A stretch of DNA of 64,000 nucleotides, from NCBI GenBank assembly GCA_036785375.1, contig JAWMAR010000058.1, forward strand, positions 7,440,001-7,504,000. The letters are read 5' to 3'. A model generated the notes under the pieces. The model was not told the DNA's origin. It ran no database searches and saw nothing but the letters and a program-made list of their open reading frames with translations. The position numbers were made by a program, and so were the translations under genes. Below are positions 1 through 30,800 of this stretch, piece by piece. Within the stretch, counting starts at the first letter, position 1; every line of letters starts with the position of its first letter. Source of the DNA: Leucoraja ocellata (lineage: Eukaryota).

Positions 1-90
1 TTCTATTTTCAAGGCTTCTGTAAGTTGCCCAAGTGGGAAATGGGGCATGGTACAGATTATTGCCTACCTGCATCAATGTCTCAATTCTAA

Positions 91-328
91 AAGGCCTGTC
101 CCACTTGGCAATTTTTTCGGCGACTGTCGGCATCACTGACTGACGTATCAGGTCACCGATACATACTGCGGCGTGATGACGTATTGACACGCGGTGTCCA
201 CTCAAGTGTTGCAACATTTCTTTTGTCGCCGCTGGATTTTGAAATGTTCAAAATCTTTCGACGACCCTGATAGGTCAGTCATTGACGCCGGCAGTCGCCG
301 AAAAAAATCGCCAAATGGGGCAGGACCT
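91..328. mobile_element. PIF/Harbinger-type MITE
   Basis: Long imperfect TIRs (AAGGCCTGTCCCACTTGGCAATTTTTTCGGCGACTG... / ...CAGTCGCCGAAAAAAATCGCCAAATGGGGCAGGACCT) flanked by TAA at 88-90 and 329-331. Confidence 0.8.
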
Positions 329-606
329 TAACTCAGCATTTAAATGTTGTGAGGGGCTTGCTGTGATTGCAGCCACTTCAGCTAATTAGTCCAATTAGGC
401 CCACTCCACATCTACACAGGGACTTGGGCAGATGCCATGTTCTCACAGTTGGTGCTCAGGTTTTACGTGAGAAGGGAGCCGCCCTGACAACAGAGCATGC
501 CTGCTTAATGACTGCAACTTGTCGCATGTTTCCTTCCAATGCATCTGGTCCTTCTAGAATTCACAGTGCCAGCATGGAGTAAATGATGAATCACAATTAC
601 AGGACA

Positions 607-1123
607 CAGGGCCGGTCTTAGGAGGTGCGGGGCCCAATTGGGAACAATTTTGGTGAGCCCCAGGTTCCCAGCCAAGGTCTGTCAGCCCTGTTATTTAGTA
701 TATATTATGAAATTGTACTGAGGTGCTATGGATTATGCACTGTCTTAATTTCTCCTGTTCTCGTTTGGCTGTCAGTACCGCTGGCTTCCAACCAAGAGTC
801 GGCTGCTCGGTCAGTGACTATCCTGTTAACATCAGGCATGTGTACACATCCGCTGGCGGGCTCACTGTAACTGTCTGAAGTAAAGTTGTAGTAACGGGTG
901 CTCCGGGTGTAAAATACCGGTAAATGTGGGTGCAGAAGGGATACGGGAATAGTATCCCGGAAAGTGGTGACAGTATTGAGAGTTAACCGCGGGGCTGTGT
1001 TGTTGTCAGGTGAGGAATTTCACCTACTAGGGTAGCTGCTGAGGGGATAGTGTGTGTTGACCACTAGCCTAGCGCGGGGCCCAATTGGGAGCAATTGGTC
1101 CAATTGACTTAAGGCCGGCCCTG
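607..1123. mobile_element. Non-autonomous hAT DNA transposon
   Basis: TIRs CAGGGCCGG...CCGGCCCTG; perfect 8-bp TSD ACAGGACA (599-606, 1124-1131); subterminal GCGGGGCCCAATTGGGA near both ends. Confidence 0.9.
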
Positions 1124-1828
1124 ACAGGACAAATGCAGCTGTCCAAAACTCGATATCAACGTCCACAACTTCTGAAAACTCATTTCCTCTGTTAGTATCA
1201 CAACTAGATAATCCTGCTGTTAGTTATCTATCTAAGTATTCACTAGGTTTGTCTCTCTGCACCAATACAGGCTGATTTACTGGATTTTTCCTACAACTGT
1301 GCAGTTCACAGCTTTTACATGTCTTTTTTAATTCTCTTTCTGAAATACACTAATTATCTATCAAACCAATGGTTGCACCAGCACCTTATCACCATGGCAA
1401 CCCCAGCCTCGCTTGATCAGAGATGGTACTTGATGGTCGGCAACCATGTGGTAGGCTGAGGTGCCTTTTTCTGAACTATATGGCTTTCTGATTCAACAGC
1501 TTTTGTTCTACCCATCTATGGACCCCCCCCCCCCCCCCCCCCCGACCACCACCACCAAGAAGCCTTGGTTCTTTGCCACTACACATCCACCTCGCCTCTG
1601 CCTTTATATATCTATTGTGAACTAGCATTTGTTCAACAATGATCAAGAGAAGGAATCTCTTTGGTAGTTGGGTAAAGGGAAGCACTCTGAGCATCGCCCA
1701 TAGCAACCTGTTTGAGATCAGCTGGTGCAGACCAGGGATTAAAACGGAAACATTTGAAACATGGGTTTCCTTGCAGAATGTAAGACAGAAACTGATTGCC
1801 TTCTGCAAGAGTGTTAGAATAGAGTCAA

Positions 1829-2140
1829 GGGCGGCATGGTGATGCAGCGGTAGAGTTACTTCCTTGCAGCACCATAGGCCCGGGTCCGCGCCTGACTACG
1901 AGTGATGTCTGTAGGGAGTTTGTACGTTCTCCCTGTGACCCTGTGGGTTTTCTCCAGATGCTCAGGTTTCCTCCAACATTCCAAAAACGTACAGGATTGT
2001 AGGGACTGAAGTTGAATATCGTCCTCATTCATACAATAACTCTAGGATATTGTCTTCCATAAATTGTAAATTGTAAGTATGTAGGATAGAGCTAGTGTAT
2101 GGGTGAATGCTGGTCGACACAGACTTGATGGGCTGACTCT
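1829..2140 (+). mobile_element. tRNA-derived V-SINE (HE1-like)
   Basis: tRNA-like head GGGCGGCATGGTGATGCAGCGGTAGAG followed by a V-domain-like GGTTTCCTCCAACATTCCAAA; many similar copies in the window. Confidence 0.75.
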
Positions 2141-2473
2141 AAATTCTTAATGCAACTTACTTGAGTTACTGTGAAGCTTCATTCAATAATTCTGTGTGAT
2201 ATATCTTCAGATGTTTTGTTGTAGCACTACTCAAATACAATGTGTATAGACACTGGGTTCCCTAATGTGCAGCACATCAGCCATGATCATATTGAATGGC
2301 GGTGCAGGCTTGAAGGGCCGAATGGCCTACTCCTGCACCTATTTTCTATGTTTCTATCTACTTGTGCTTATTTCTCAGGTCATAAACAGTCAGTTACCTT
2401 ACCCCATAAGCAGAGCTTCTTACCAGTATGTGATGTGAGCCTTGGCTCTGAAAACTGCTTCTTGTGTTAATAG

Positions 2474-21170
<18,697 letters not shown>

Positions 21171-23046
21171 TTTCAGCATGCTGAGTTTGCACTGAGGATT
21201 CGTAATGCTTTTATAAAGCAATCTCCTTTCTGCTACACGCCATTACCAACGGAGACCTTTCTGCAAATATCCCACAAACCTGCCAGCACCTGTGGAATGA
21301 ACACCTGGATGAATCCTTGGCAAAGCATCTTGACTCGAATGGTAAAAGGCATCCCAAAGCACTTTACAGTGAACAAGCCTTGCTTTCAATGGTTGCGCGT
21401 ACAGCATGGCCTGTCCTATATAACTTTTGCTCTTTTTATTTCCGATTTCACTGTCTGCCTAGAAGTTAAATTTCAAGTTGAATGGGTGCTGAGTGTAGTG
21501 TTGAGTCTAATCGGAGGATGCCAAAGAAATTGGGGAAAATTGCCTTTAAGAAAAATGCGTGGACTGTTTCTGCCCAATCATCACATTAAATTGCAGCTTA
21601 TACATTTCCCAATTGCAGCTGCCCATAGAGATCACTGCTCCTACCTCATGCCAATGGTAATCATGGGAAGTGAGTCACAGTTTAAGGAACTCCTTGTACG
21701 GCAGCCAAGGCAATTGCAGAGAAAGTTGCCATGAAGATGAGGGGAAAATGTAGTGGAGGGGGGGAGGAAGTTTATTCATTGAGTTATCCCTCAACCCCTC
21801 CCCCTTCCTTGAACTGGTTCCACGTTGCCAGTAATTTTACATCACTGTCGACCGCACTCCGCTGAGATTGCAGAATGCAATGAATAGCTGTGAAGAGCTG
21901 CAGTAAGCACCTTGAGACCCTGTCATGACGTCAGCAAAACCTCAATGCCCCAGTGGGATCCCTGTAATTCTGATTTGTTGTGCAACTTGCAAGTTGTTTC
22001 ACTAAAAGTTGCAACTGATGCTGAAGGTCATAGCTCACATGGTATTGGTGTAATGTTTGTTGGCCAGGCTGCGCATCATGTGCATTGACGTTATCATGCA
22101 CGAGTGGTGCTGGAGAAACGTCAGTTGTGTTCAGGCCAGTCAGTCTGCAACGCTCAGTCCACTTGTACTCCACTGGAAATGGTCGCAATTGCAAAAAAAT
22201 GTGCACTGAATTGATTTAAGTGCATTTGTGCATTTTAAAATAGGCTTTAGATTTTCAGGTAGCTTTCCCTTTTTTTTCAACTCTGCTCAGATTCCTTATT
22301 CGGTTTCTATCCCTTGCACTCCAAAGATTCAAAACCTTGCTGACTCGGTCATGTACGATATTGCACAAAATACCTCCGGTGGGAGCTGCCTTTAGTACAA
22401 CTGGAGAAAAAAAATGTTTGGTTCATCACTTACCCAACTGCAAACTTACTTCTTGGCAAAATAAATCTCCTAGTGCAATCACTGGATCTGACGTGGAAAA
22501 TTCTTCACTGTGCAAATCTGATTTTAACGTGTGATGTAAAAGAATGAATTTCTCATGTCTAATACGGCAGATTCATGTTTCTCAATTATATGAATTAAAA
22601 GTCTACCTGCCTCATTAGGCTCTGTGCTTTGGTGTTGTCCCAGGTGGGAATTTCTGAAAGATTCGTGCAAGTATACCGATGACACTCTAAAGCAAAATGG
22701 ATGCAAACTGGTGAAGGGGAGAAAAGTTACTAGGTCTGTGGAAGGGGCTGAAGGGGGGGGGGGGGGGGGGGAAGAATTAATGTGTTATTTTAAAGAGCTG
22801 CCATGATGGTGATTGAATGGCCTGTCTATACTGTTCTCACCTTTGGTTTGGAGTTACCTCTGCTTAAAGTTGGAGGACAACTTGTTCTATTTGATTGTGC
22901 ACACCAGGTTGATTGCATTTGTCGAAACAGGGCGCACCATGTGAAGGTTGCAATCTCCCACCCCATCTCTGCTGTTGTTGATTTTTAAAGCCCATTTATC
23001 AATGAAATTGAGAAAGATTGAGGTCATGATCAGTCTTAGTTGCTCA

Positions 23047-23675
23047 ACATAATTTACACAAACGTCCGTCACAGTGAATCTCCTCCTCACTGTGATGGAA
23101 GGCAAAGTCTTGTCTCTCCCCTGCTCTCCATTCTTTCCCGAAATCAAAGTCAAAGCTCCCAGCGGGCGCTAGCAAGTTCGCGGCTGTTTAAGCCACACAG
23201 GGCGATGTAAGGCCCCGCTGCAGGCCACTTTCAACCCCGCAATTCGGGCGGGAGAAGTTACCGTTGCTGGTGCTCCGTGAAGCAGTCTCCCACCGGGGAC
23301 CCGCGAGCTCCCGGTGTCACCATCCACCGGAGTCGGGTCGCAGCAGCGCGCCATCACAGCTCTCCACACTCCGAAGCCGGCCTGCTCCACGATGGTAGGT
23401 CCGCAGCTCCGCCGGCTCCGAGACTTGAGCTGCCGTTCCGGTTGGAGGCCGTTCGACGGCGCTAGGCCCCAATGGCAACGGAGACCCGACAAGGAAAGGT
23501 CGGGTCCCCGTACAAGGAAGAGATTTAAAAGTTTCCCCCACCCACCCCCCCCCCCCCCGCCCCTCCACACATACACATTTAAAAACCCACTACAAACTAT
23601 ACCCTCAACGGGACAAAAAAAATAAAAAAAGACAGACGGACTACAGCAGCCGCTGCGACGTCGATCACGCCGCCC
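23047..23675 (-). mobile_element. CpG-rich non-autonomous retroposon
   Basis: Same architecture as 44384-45230; 3' part shared with 26405-26580 and 56605-56760. Confidence 0.6.
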
Positions 23676-24124
23676 ATTGATCTCAGCCTGAGAGCAGGAG
23701 GGTGATGGCAAGATGGTCTGCTTCCGTGCTGAGGGGTGAATCTTTGAACAGTGGACCAGGAAGAAGAATCATGTCATCTTTTCTTGAATTGAAAGTGCTA
23801 TTAGCTTATTGTTCAAGTCCAGTTTATTGTCATATGTACATATGTGGTGGGGTATAGGTACAATGAAAATCTTGCTTACAGCAATATCACAGGTACACAG
23901 ACCCAGCCCAACACATATTGTTACATAAAACATGGATGCTGCCTGTCTCGCTGAGTTACTCCAGCTTTTTGTGTCTGTCTGCAGTTCCTCCCTACACAAT
24001 TCGTCTGCTCCACTGCAAAATCTCCTCAAAACATGCCTACTTTGAAGAAGTTCTCTCTCCCATGAGAGTTTGGCAACATCCTCATCGTCTATATCTCTCC
24101 TTTCCCTTCCCCATGACTTTCAGT

Positions 24125-24152
24125 CTGAAGAAGGGTCTCGACCCGAAACGTC
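24125..24152 (+). ncRNA. Minimal hammerhead-ribozyme core motif in a Penelope pseudo-LTR
   Basis: CTGAAGA-A-GGGTC-TC-GACCC-GAAA-CGTC = CUGANGA + stem II + GAAA + GUC; stem I poorly paired. Confidence 0.6.
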
Positions 24153-24735
24153 GCCCATTCCTTCTCTACAGAGATACTGCCTGCACCGCTGAGTTACTCC
24201 AGTTTTGTGAGCCTACAGTATCTGCACATGTCTGTCCAATTTTGTGTTGGCTCAATATCATTTGACAATGATTACTGGCACATACTCCAGGAATGTTTTT
24301 AATGTGCTTACTGTAGAATACCAAGGTCACTAATTGATCTGATTTCCATATTAGGGCATCTTTAATAAACGATCTATCTTTCGGTTTTTTGAGAAAGAGG
24401 AGGCATTTTCAGCTCTTCCTCACAATTTCTCTAAAATTATTCATCTTGACTGAGAAGGGGAGAGGAAAATAGGGCAGGCAGCATAGAGGGAGACGGGTGA
24501 AGGAAAGATGGTCAGGATGCTGATAAGAAGGGAGCGTGGTGGAAATACATAGATCACTAGAGGGAGTGGGCAGGGAGAGGTGAGAGAAGGCCAAGGGAAA
24601 GGCACAAGGGAAGAGAAGTGAGTGGTTGCATGAGGAAGTGAGGGAGAATGGAGACACAGCTCCCACTCTGCCCCCTGCATCTCAGTTTCTGTTCATTTTG
24701 ATCCTCCTCGGATTTACTTTGCCTGCCATCCGCCG

Positions 24736-24881
24736 CTACCAATGGGCATCCCGCAACTCAACGACCATCTTCAGGAAGCCAGTGTGGCTGGCGTAGAGCT
24801 GCAGATTCTGGTCAATGTCAAACCACTGGACATCCCCGGCATCGTCACCTGCATGTAGATTCAGGTCTCCCACGCTGTCCC
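24736..24881 (-). CDS. NUDT9: NUDT9-like terminal coding exon
   Basis: tag|GG...TAG; [47 protein letters not shown]. Confidence 0.93.
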
Positions 24882-27800
24882 CTAGAAAGAGAGGCTACAT
24901 TACTACCAGAGCATCTCTGACACTGATTCCAACAAAAGCAAGACCTCGTGTCTGTATACTGCCTTGCACAACCTCCAGATATCCCAAACTGTTTTACAGC
25001 CAACCCTCTCTGGAGCCTGAAGATGTCTCTTCCTCTTCCTCAACTTTTCATCGTCCTTGTCCAACTTTCTCCCTGACTTCCTCATCTCCACGCGCTCCTT
25101 CTCCACCACCACCCTTCCTCCTTTTCCCACTCCCAATGACACTTTCCCACACATACCAGCATCATCATGGAAATTGACGGCCTGTGTCTCCATCCAGGCG
25201 TTGTCAGTGTTCCGAGGATCGTCCACATATCCTGTGTATATCTGGGTGAGAGTATGAGTGAGACACAATGAACTGGAGCAGACCTGACAAGAGTATATTT
25301 TGAGCCAAGGGTAACTTTTAAATTACCTACTAATCACCAGCTTAACCGCTGTGCTGACTCGCACCCAACCCCAGAACAATCCCTAGCCCAATTCCCCACA
25401 AACCTCAAAAGCTTCTACTTAGATCACTCGCAATCTACTCCAGGCCCTCTGCACGTCAACCACAGACTCCACTTCCTGACTCGCAACCCAATGGTTCCAC
25501 ATCATCCATTTCACATCCCAATCCCCACATCTCAACCCTACCCACCTTAGCGTCATGGAGAGGTACAGTACAGAAACAGACCCTCGGCCCACCAACCATT
25601 TACACCAATCCCATATTTTGTACTTTCTCCACATTCCTTTTCAGTTTCCACAGAGTCCATCACTCATAGACACACCATGGGGAATTTACAGTGTGCAATT
25701 AACCCATCGGCCTACACATCTTTGGGACGTGGGAGGAAACCAGTGCATTGGGAGGATGTGCAAACTCCACACAGACAGCACCCAAGATTAGGATTAATTA
25801 TAGGTCCCTGGTATTGAGGCAATGATTTATTAGTTGTACCACTGCGCCACCACATTCAAATAACCCAACCCATCCAATCGCAAATCCTTTCAAACAACAC
25901 CCATGGAATTAAATTCTTCTTCCTCATTTGCTCCTGCATCCTCACCCTCAAAATAAACAGCCCAGGAGCCCAGAGGAACTCTACCACTAGAGTAATTGCA
26001 CAGGGCCGTTGAACTGATGCTGGCACTGGATGTGTCGGCTCTCCATCCCTGAGTGTGCAAAGATCAAGAAACAGGCCTTGCCCCTGCTCACCTTCACAGC
26101 GTTCTCTTTGCTGAAAATGGCTCGGAACTGTTTTCTCATGCGGACCTTCTCCGGGCCAGGAAGTTTGAGAGAATTGAGCGCCTCTTCCCGAACTCGCGCT
26201 TCAGCGTGGCGGACAATTGCTCACCAGCATCCACCATTCCCTGCCGCGAGACGGAGAGGCGATTTTAGTCAGCTGAAAATACTACTCAAATCAAACTGTT
26301 GAGTCCAATGACTTGGGATCTGGGAGAGGGGAACACTCCATAATCTATTGCCCTTGATTTCCGAGATGAAGGGATCACACGGGTGAACAAAAGGAGGAAG
26401 ATTGACTGAACTTTATTGCCTCCCATCACAGTGATCACTGTGGTGAATGTTTATGTTAAGTTCAATCCTTTTTAATTGTGTTGTGTTCTTTTAATTGTAT
26501 TGCTGCATGGCAACTCAAATATCACTCACTGTACCTTAATTGGTGCATGTGACAATAAATGTGACTCTGAATCTGAATCTTTGGCTGCGGGATCACTCGA
26601 GAAAACCAAAATAAAAACACAAATTTGAATTTGTAGAGAGTGCACAACATCCTTGGATATCTGAGCGTCAGGGTTATATAGATTTGATGGGTCAGTTTGT
26701 CTTTTCTTGCCAGTAATCTACACTCACATCCTGCCACACCCAAAGTTGGCAGAAACCACAAGACTAATGTGTCTTGTCCAAGATTGAGGTGAAAGCGTAG
26801 ACTGTGTAAGGATGGTGACGCAAGGATCCGCAGATTCTGTACTTTTGAGCAAAACATAAATTGTGATAGAGTAACTCAGCGGGTCAGGCAGCAACATTGG
26901 AGGGAACGGAAAGGCGATGTTTGGAGTCAGGACTCTTCTTCAAACTGATTGTAGAAAGGGGGAGAAAGCTGGAAAAGAGAGATGGGGCCAGGACAAAGCC
27001 TGGCAAGTGCTAGGTGGATACAGGTGAGGGGAATTTGATGGCAGATGGATGGAGTAAGTGACCCAGGCCAGAAATGAAAAGGAGACAAAAAGATGTCTGA
27101 TAAGGAAAGTAGAGGAGTGAAATATAAAACCAGAGGGAAGGATATGGGTGGAAGGGAATGGGGAAGGGGGCATTAAAGAGGGACAGGATAGTTGGAGAAA
27201 TGGGTGTCAACCCAGGTGGGGATAGGGCATAGGAAAGAGAGAGAGAGGATGGGGGAAGTATTACTTAAAATTGGAGAATTCAATGCTCATTTTGTTGGCA
27301 TGTCAGCTACCCAAGAGGAATATAAGGTTCCATTCCTCCAGTGTGCCTTTGGCTTCACTCTGGAAATGGAGGCTGCCCAGGACAAAAGATTGGTGTGGAA
27401 ATGGGTAGGGGAGATAAAATGGTTAATAGCTGGGAGATCCATGTCTTGGTGGATGGAGCGCGTCTTTGGTGAAACGTTCGCCTAGTCCACATTGGTCTCA
27501 CTGACTTAAAGAATGTAGGTTGTGCAGTGACATTACGTTGTCCTCACCCCTGGAATTGCCCATTGCTTGCAGTCCTTCCTCTCTATTGAGATAAACTGTA
27601 AGATGGGTTTTCCAGAGAGCTTGTGGATCACCTTTCCACCTCCTTCTCTCTTCCACCTGCATGAGAGAGAGAGAGATGTCAGGACCAAAACATACATTAT
27701 TCATGCGAGCTTGGTATGTGCAAACTGGCTGTTGCATTTCCTCCATTACAACCATGACCGCATTTCAAATATAAAAGCTGCAATGTGTTTTGGATGAGAA

Positions 27801-30800
27801 TGTTGGTGCATGCTTGGCTGCCTCTATTTATTTACGCACCGTGTAACAATGGGATCAGCTGCATGGTTTGGTCCCCACTTTCCCAGCAAGCCTCGGGAAA
27901 TCATTCCTGTTCTTCCCATCGGATTCCTAGGAATAACAGCAAGAGCCATTGAAGTTTCATACCGCCTCAGTGACAAATCATGAAACTAGCATGAATTGAA
28001 TGAGAGGCACACACCACATCATGTGCATTAATCTTATACCAATGTTCAGTGAGTTGTAAATGATAGTTTTACAAGCACAGAAGCACAACTGCATGTGTTG
28101 CTGAGCAAGTGGACCCAGATGGTACCAGGTTTGTATGACAATAAGTTAATTCAGAGTTTGATCAACAGTGGAACAGGCTGATTGTTAAACTTGAGTCACG
28201 AGGTTAATGATAGGTGTGATATCTGGAAGCCAGTTTAGTTTAGTTCAGAGAGATACAGCGCGGAACCAGGCCCTTCGGCTCACCGAGTCTGCGTCGACCT
28301 ACGATCCCCGCACACTAACACTATCCCTCACACTAGGGACAATTTACAATTTTACCAGGCCAATAAACCTACAAATCTGCACGTCTTTGGAGTGTGCGAG
28401 GAAACCGGAGCTCCCACAGAAAACCATGCAGATCGCCATGGGTAGAACGTACAAACTCTGTACAGCCAGCACCCGGTGTCAGGATCAAACCCAGGTCTCT
28501 GGACCTGTAAGGCTGCGCCACCCTGCCACCCTGTGGACATTTCTTTAGATGCAAGACCTTCTCTAAGTGTTAGTGACCTGATTTGTCACATCACCTTTGT
28601 TACCTCAAGTCTGACTATATTAAAAAATTAATTTAGTGGCTTAACCAAAAGCACTGCTTCCAGATTCCCAACTCCAGTATGATTGTCGATCCAGGGTTTT
28701 AAAAATCTTTCCCTTGTCCTCCAATCCTGTCATCACTCCCTGTCACTGTCCCTTCTTGCAAGCAGCGAAAGTAACACAGTACACAGTATGGGCTTGGTTC
28801 AGCACAGTGGTAAGAAAGTGGTTGAAGCATCCTGGGTGTGTGGATAAAATATTATTTGCTTACTGGTACAATATCAAAAAGTGTTAGGTGTAGATTGACC
28901 CTCTAGCCATAGAAGACCTCTCCAGTAACATTCTCCGAAATTGCTGCATTGTTTAGAAACCATTTTTCAGAATCATCATCGTGAACTGGGATTTGCTACC
29001 TCAAGGACACTTTATATATAAACATGGGTATTGATGTTTTGCAGAATAAATTCTGCTCAAAATGTGTTTTTGTTGTATTTATCCAAAATTCTAAAATATG
29101 CTATCCAGCCCTACTCTTTGCTGGACTCTAAAGTATTTTGTTCTTAATTCACACGAGGAGGGCATTGTCAGACATGTCATCATTCACTGACCAAGCCTAA
29201 ATGGCTTGACTGTCTTTTGGGGACATTTAAATGGGCAGTTAAGAATCAATCAAATTCCACTAAGGCTGGAATCAGACAGGGCAAGGAGAGAAGTTTAATT
29301 TCCTGAAGGATATGACTGAACCAGTTGGGTTTTTATGAGAATCAACTAAATCAGTGGTCCCATTTGCTCTTCTGATGATTCATTACTTGAGTTTAAATTT
29401 CACAGCTATCGCAGCGGGATTCAGATCAATGGCCCAACTAGGCCACCGTCTCCCACTTCCCATTATGATTTAATTGAATATTTATTAAACTTTAATGAGC
29501 TTACTTTTCAATGTTCCCTTCAGAGTGGTTGATGTTTTCGTTCCTACTCCTTAGACAAGGAATTGATAAGTGCTGTTTTATTGTGCTCGAGTCTAACGAA
29601 TGAAGATACTGTATGTCCATCTTTCTCTGATATGTTAATCAATATTGAGAGGCTGAATCTGTGTTTTAGTTTAATCTCTGGAGACCACTACTCTGAAGAA
29701 TTGACTGTTAGGACTGAGATGTCAGTTACCTTTGTAAACAACACTGCTAAATGTTTAAACGCAAGCGTTGGCAAGTCTATTATTCCTCCTGTGTATTAGC
29801 CCAAGTCTCCAGTGATAATTCTGCCCAGTTCATAAATAGTTCTAAATTTCTCCCTAATATTCACATAGTCACCTTACAATTTGTTATGCAATTGAACTCT
29901 GAAATAAACTATAGCAAACTATCAATTCCATTATCTGGAATAACTTGGAACTTTGTAAAAGCATCCAAAGATGCGTGGGTTTGTAGGTTAATTGGCCTCT
30001 GTAAATTGCACCTAGTGTCTGGGAGTGGTAAAGTGGGATAACATAGAACTTACGTATGTGAATGGGTGATCGATGATCGGCGTTGACTCATGGGCCAAAG
30101 GGCCTGTTTCCATCCTATGGATATAATACTAAAACTTTTTACCTATCCATTGGATATGGGCAATGTTCACAAGGCATATATTTTGTGCCCTTCTCAATTG
30201 CCTGGAAGTTCTAAACAGCAATTAATCCTCAACTAACATTACCGATATCAGAAAAACACATTGACATTAAAGTAATGAAAAGTGTTGGGTAAATGCAAGT
30301 CATTTCTGCCTCATCCTAAGGCACAGCCAACATGTGGGGTAACCTCTTGTATCTCACTCTAGTGATCATTATTTATTTTCAGATAAGTCAACTGTGGAAA
30401 AGTCACAATCCAGCTACTCTTACCACAATCATATTTCTAATGGGAGTATACATACAGAAATTAGTACTGGCAGCCTTCACAGATTTCTTCCATCTCCTAC
30501 TTCAAAAATATCCCTGATGCCGAAAACACAGATATTTGAGATGAAGAGATTAGCACAGACTAAGTATTGAACCTTTGATTTTTTTAATGAGCGAGTGTTG
30601 GAAATATATAATTACAAAAATATACAAACATACACAGTTACCAACAATAATGAGGAGGTGACATAATTTTCTTTATTTCCATTTACACAGCTTCATTAAT
30701 TTACTAAAATCACCTGATGCAATTGACGAAGGATATCAAACAAAATCTCTTTCTAAACCAGTTAGATGATATTAAAGCAGGTAACAAAAGCTTAATCAAT

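Noticed and set aside
1829-1900. tRNA gene
   Set aside because: It is the tRNA-derived head of a SINE; no complete cloverleaf and it continues into the SINE body.
21297-21734. 145-aa ORF downstream of the GAA-like stop
   Set aside because: Lies in the probable 3' UTR, appears to overlap a SINE-tail relic, and shows no recognisable homology.
26181-26195. Programmed ribosomal frameshift rescuing NUDT9-like
   Set aside because: No canonical X XXY YYZ slippery heptamer; assembly error or mutation is far more parsimonious.
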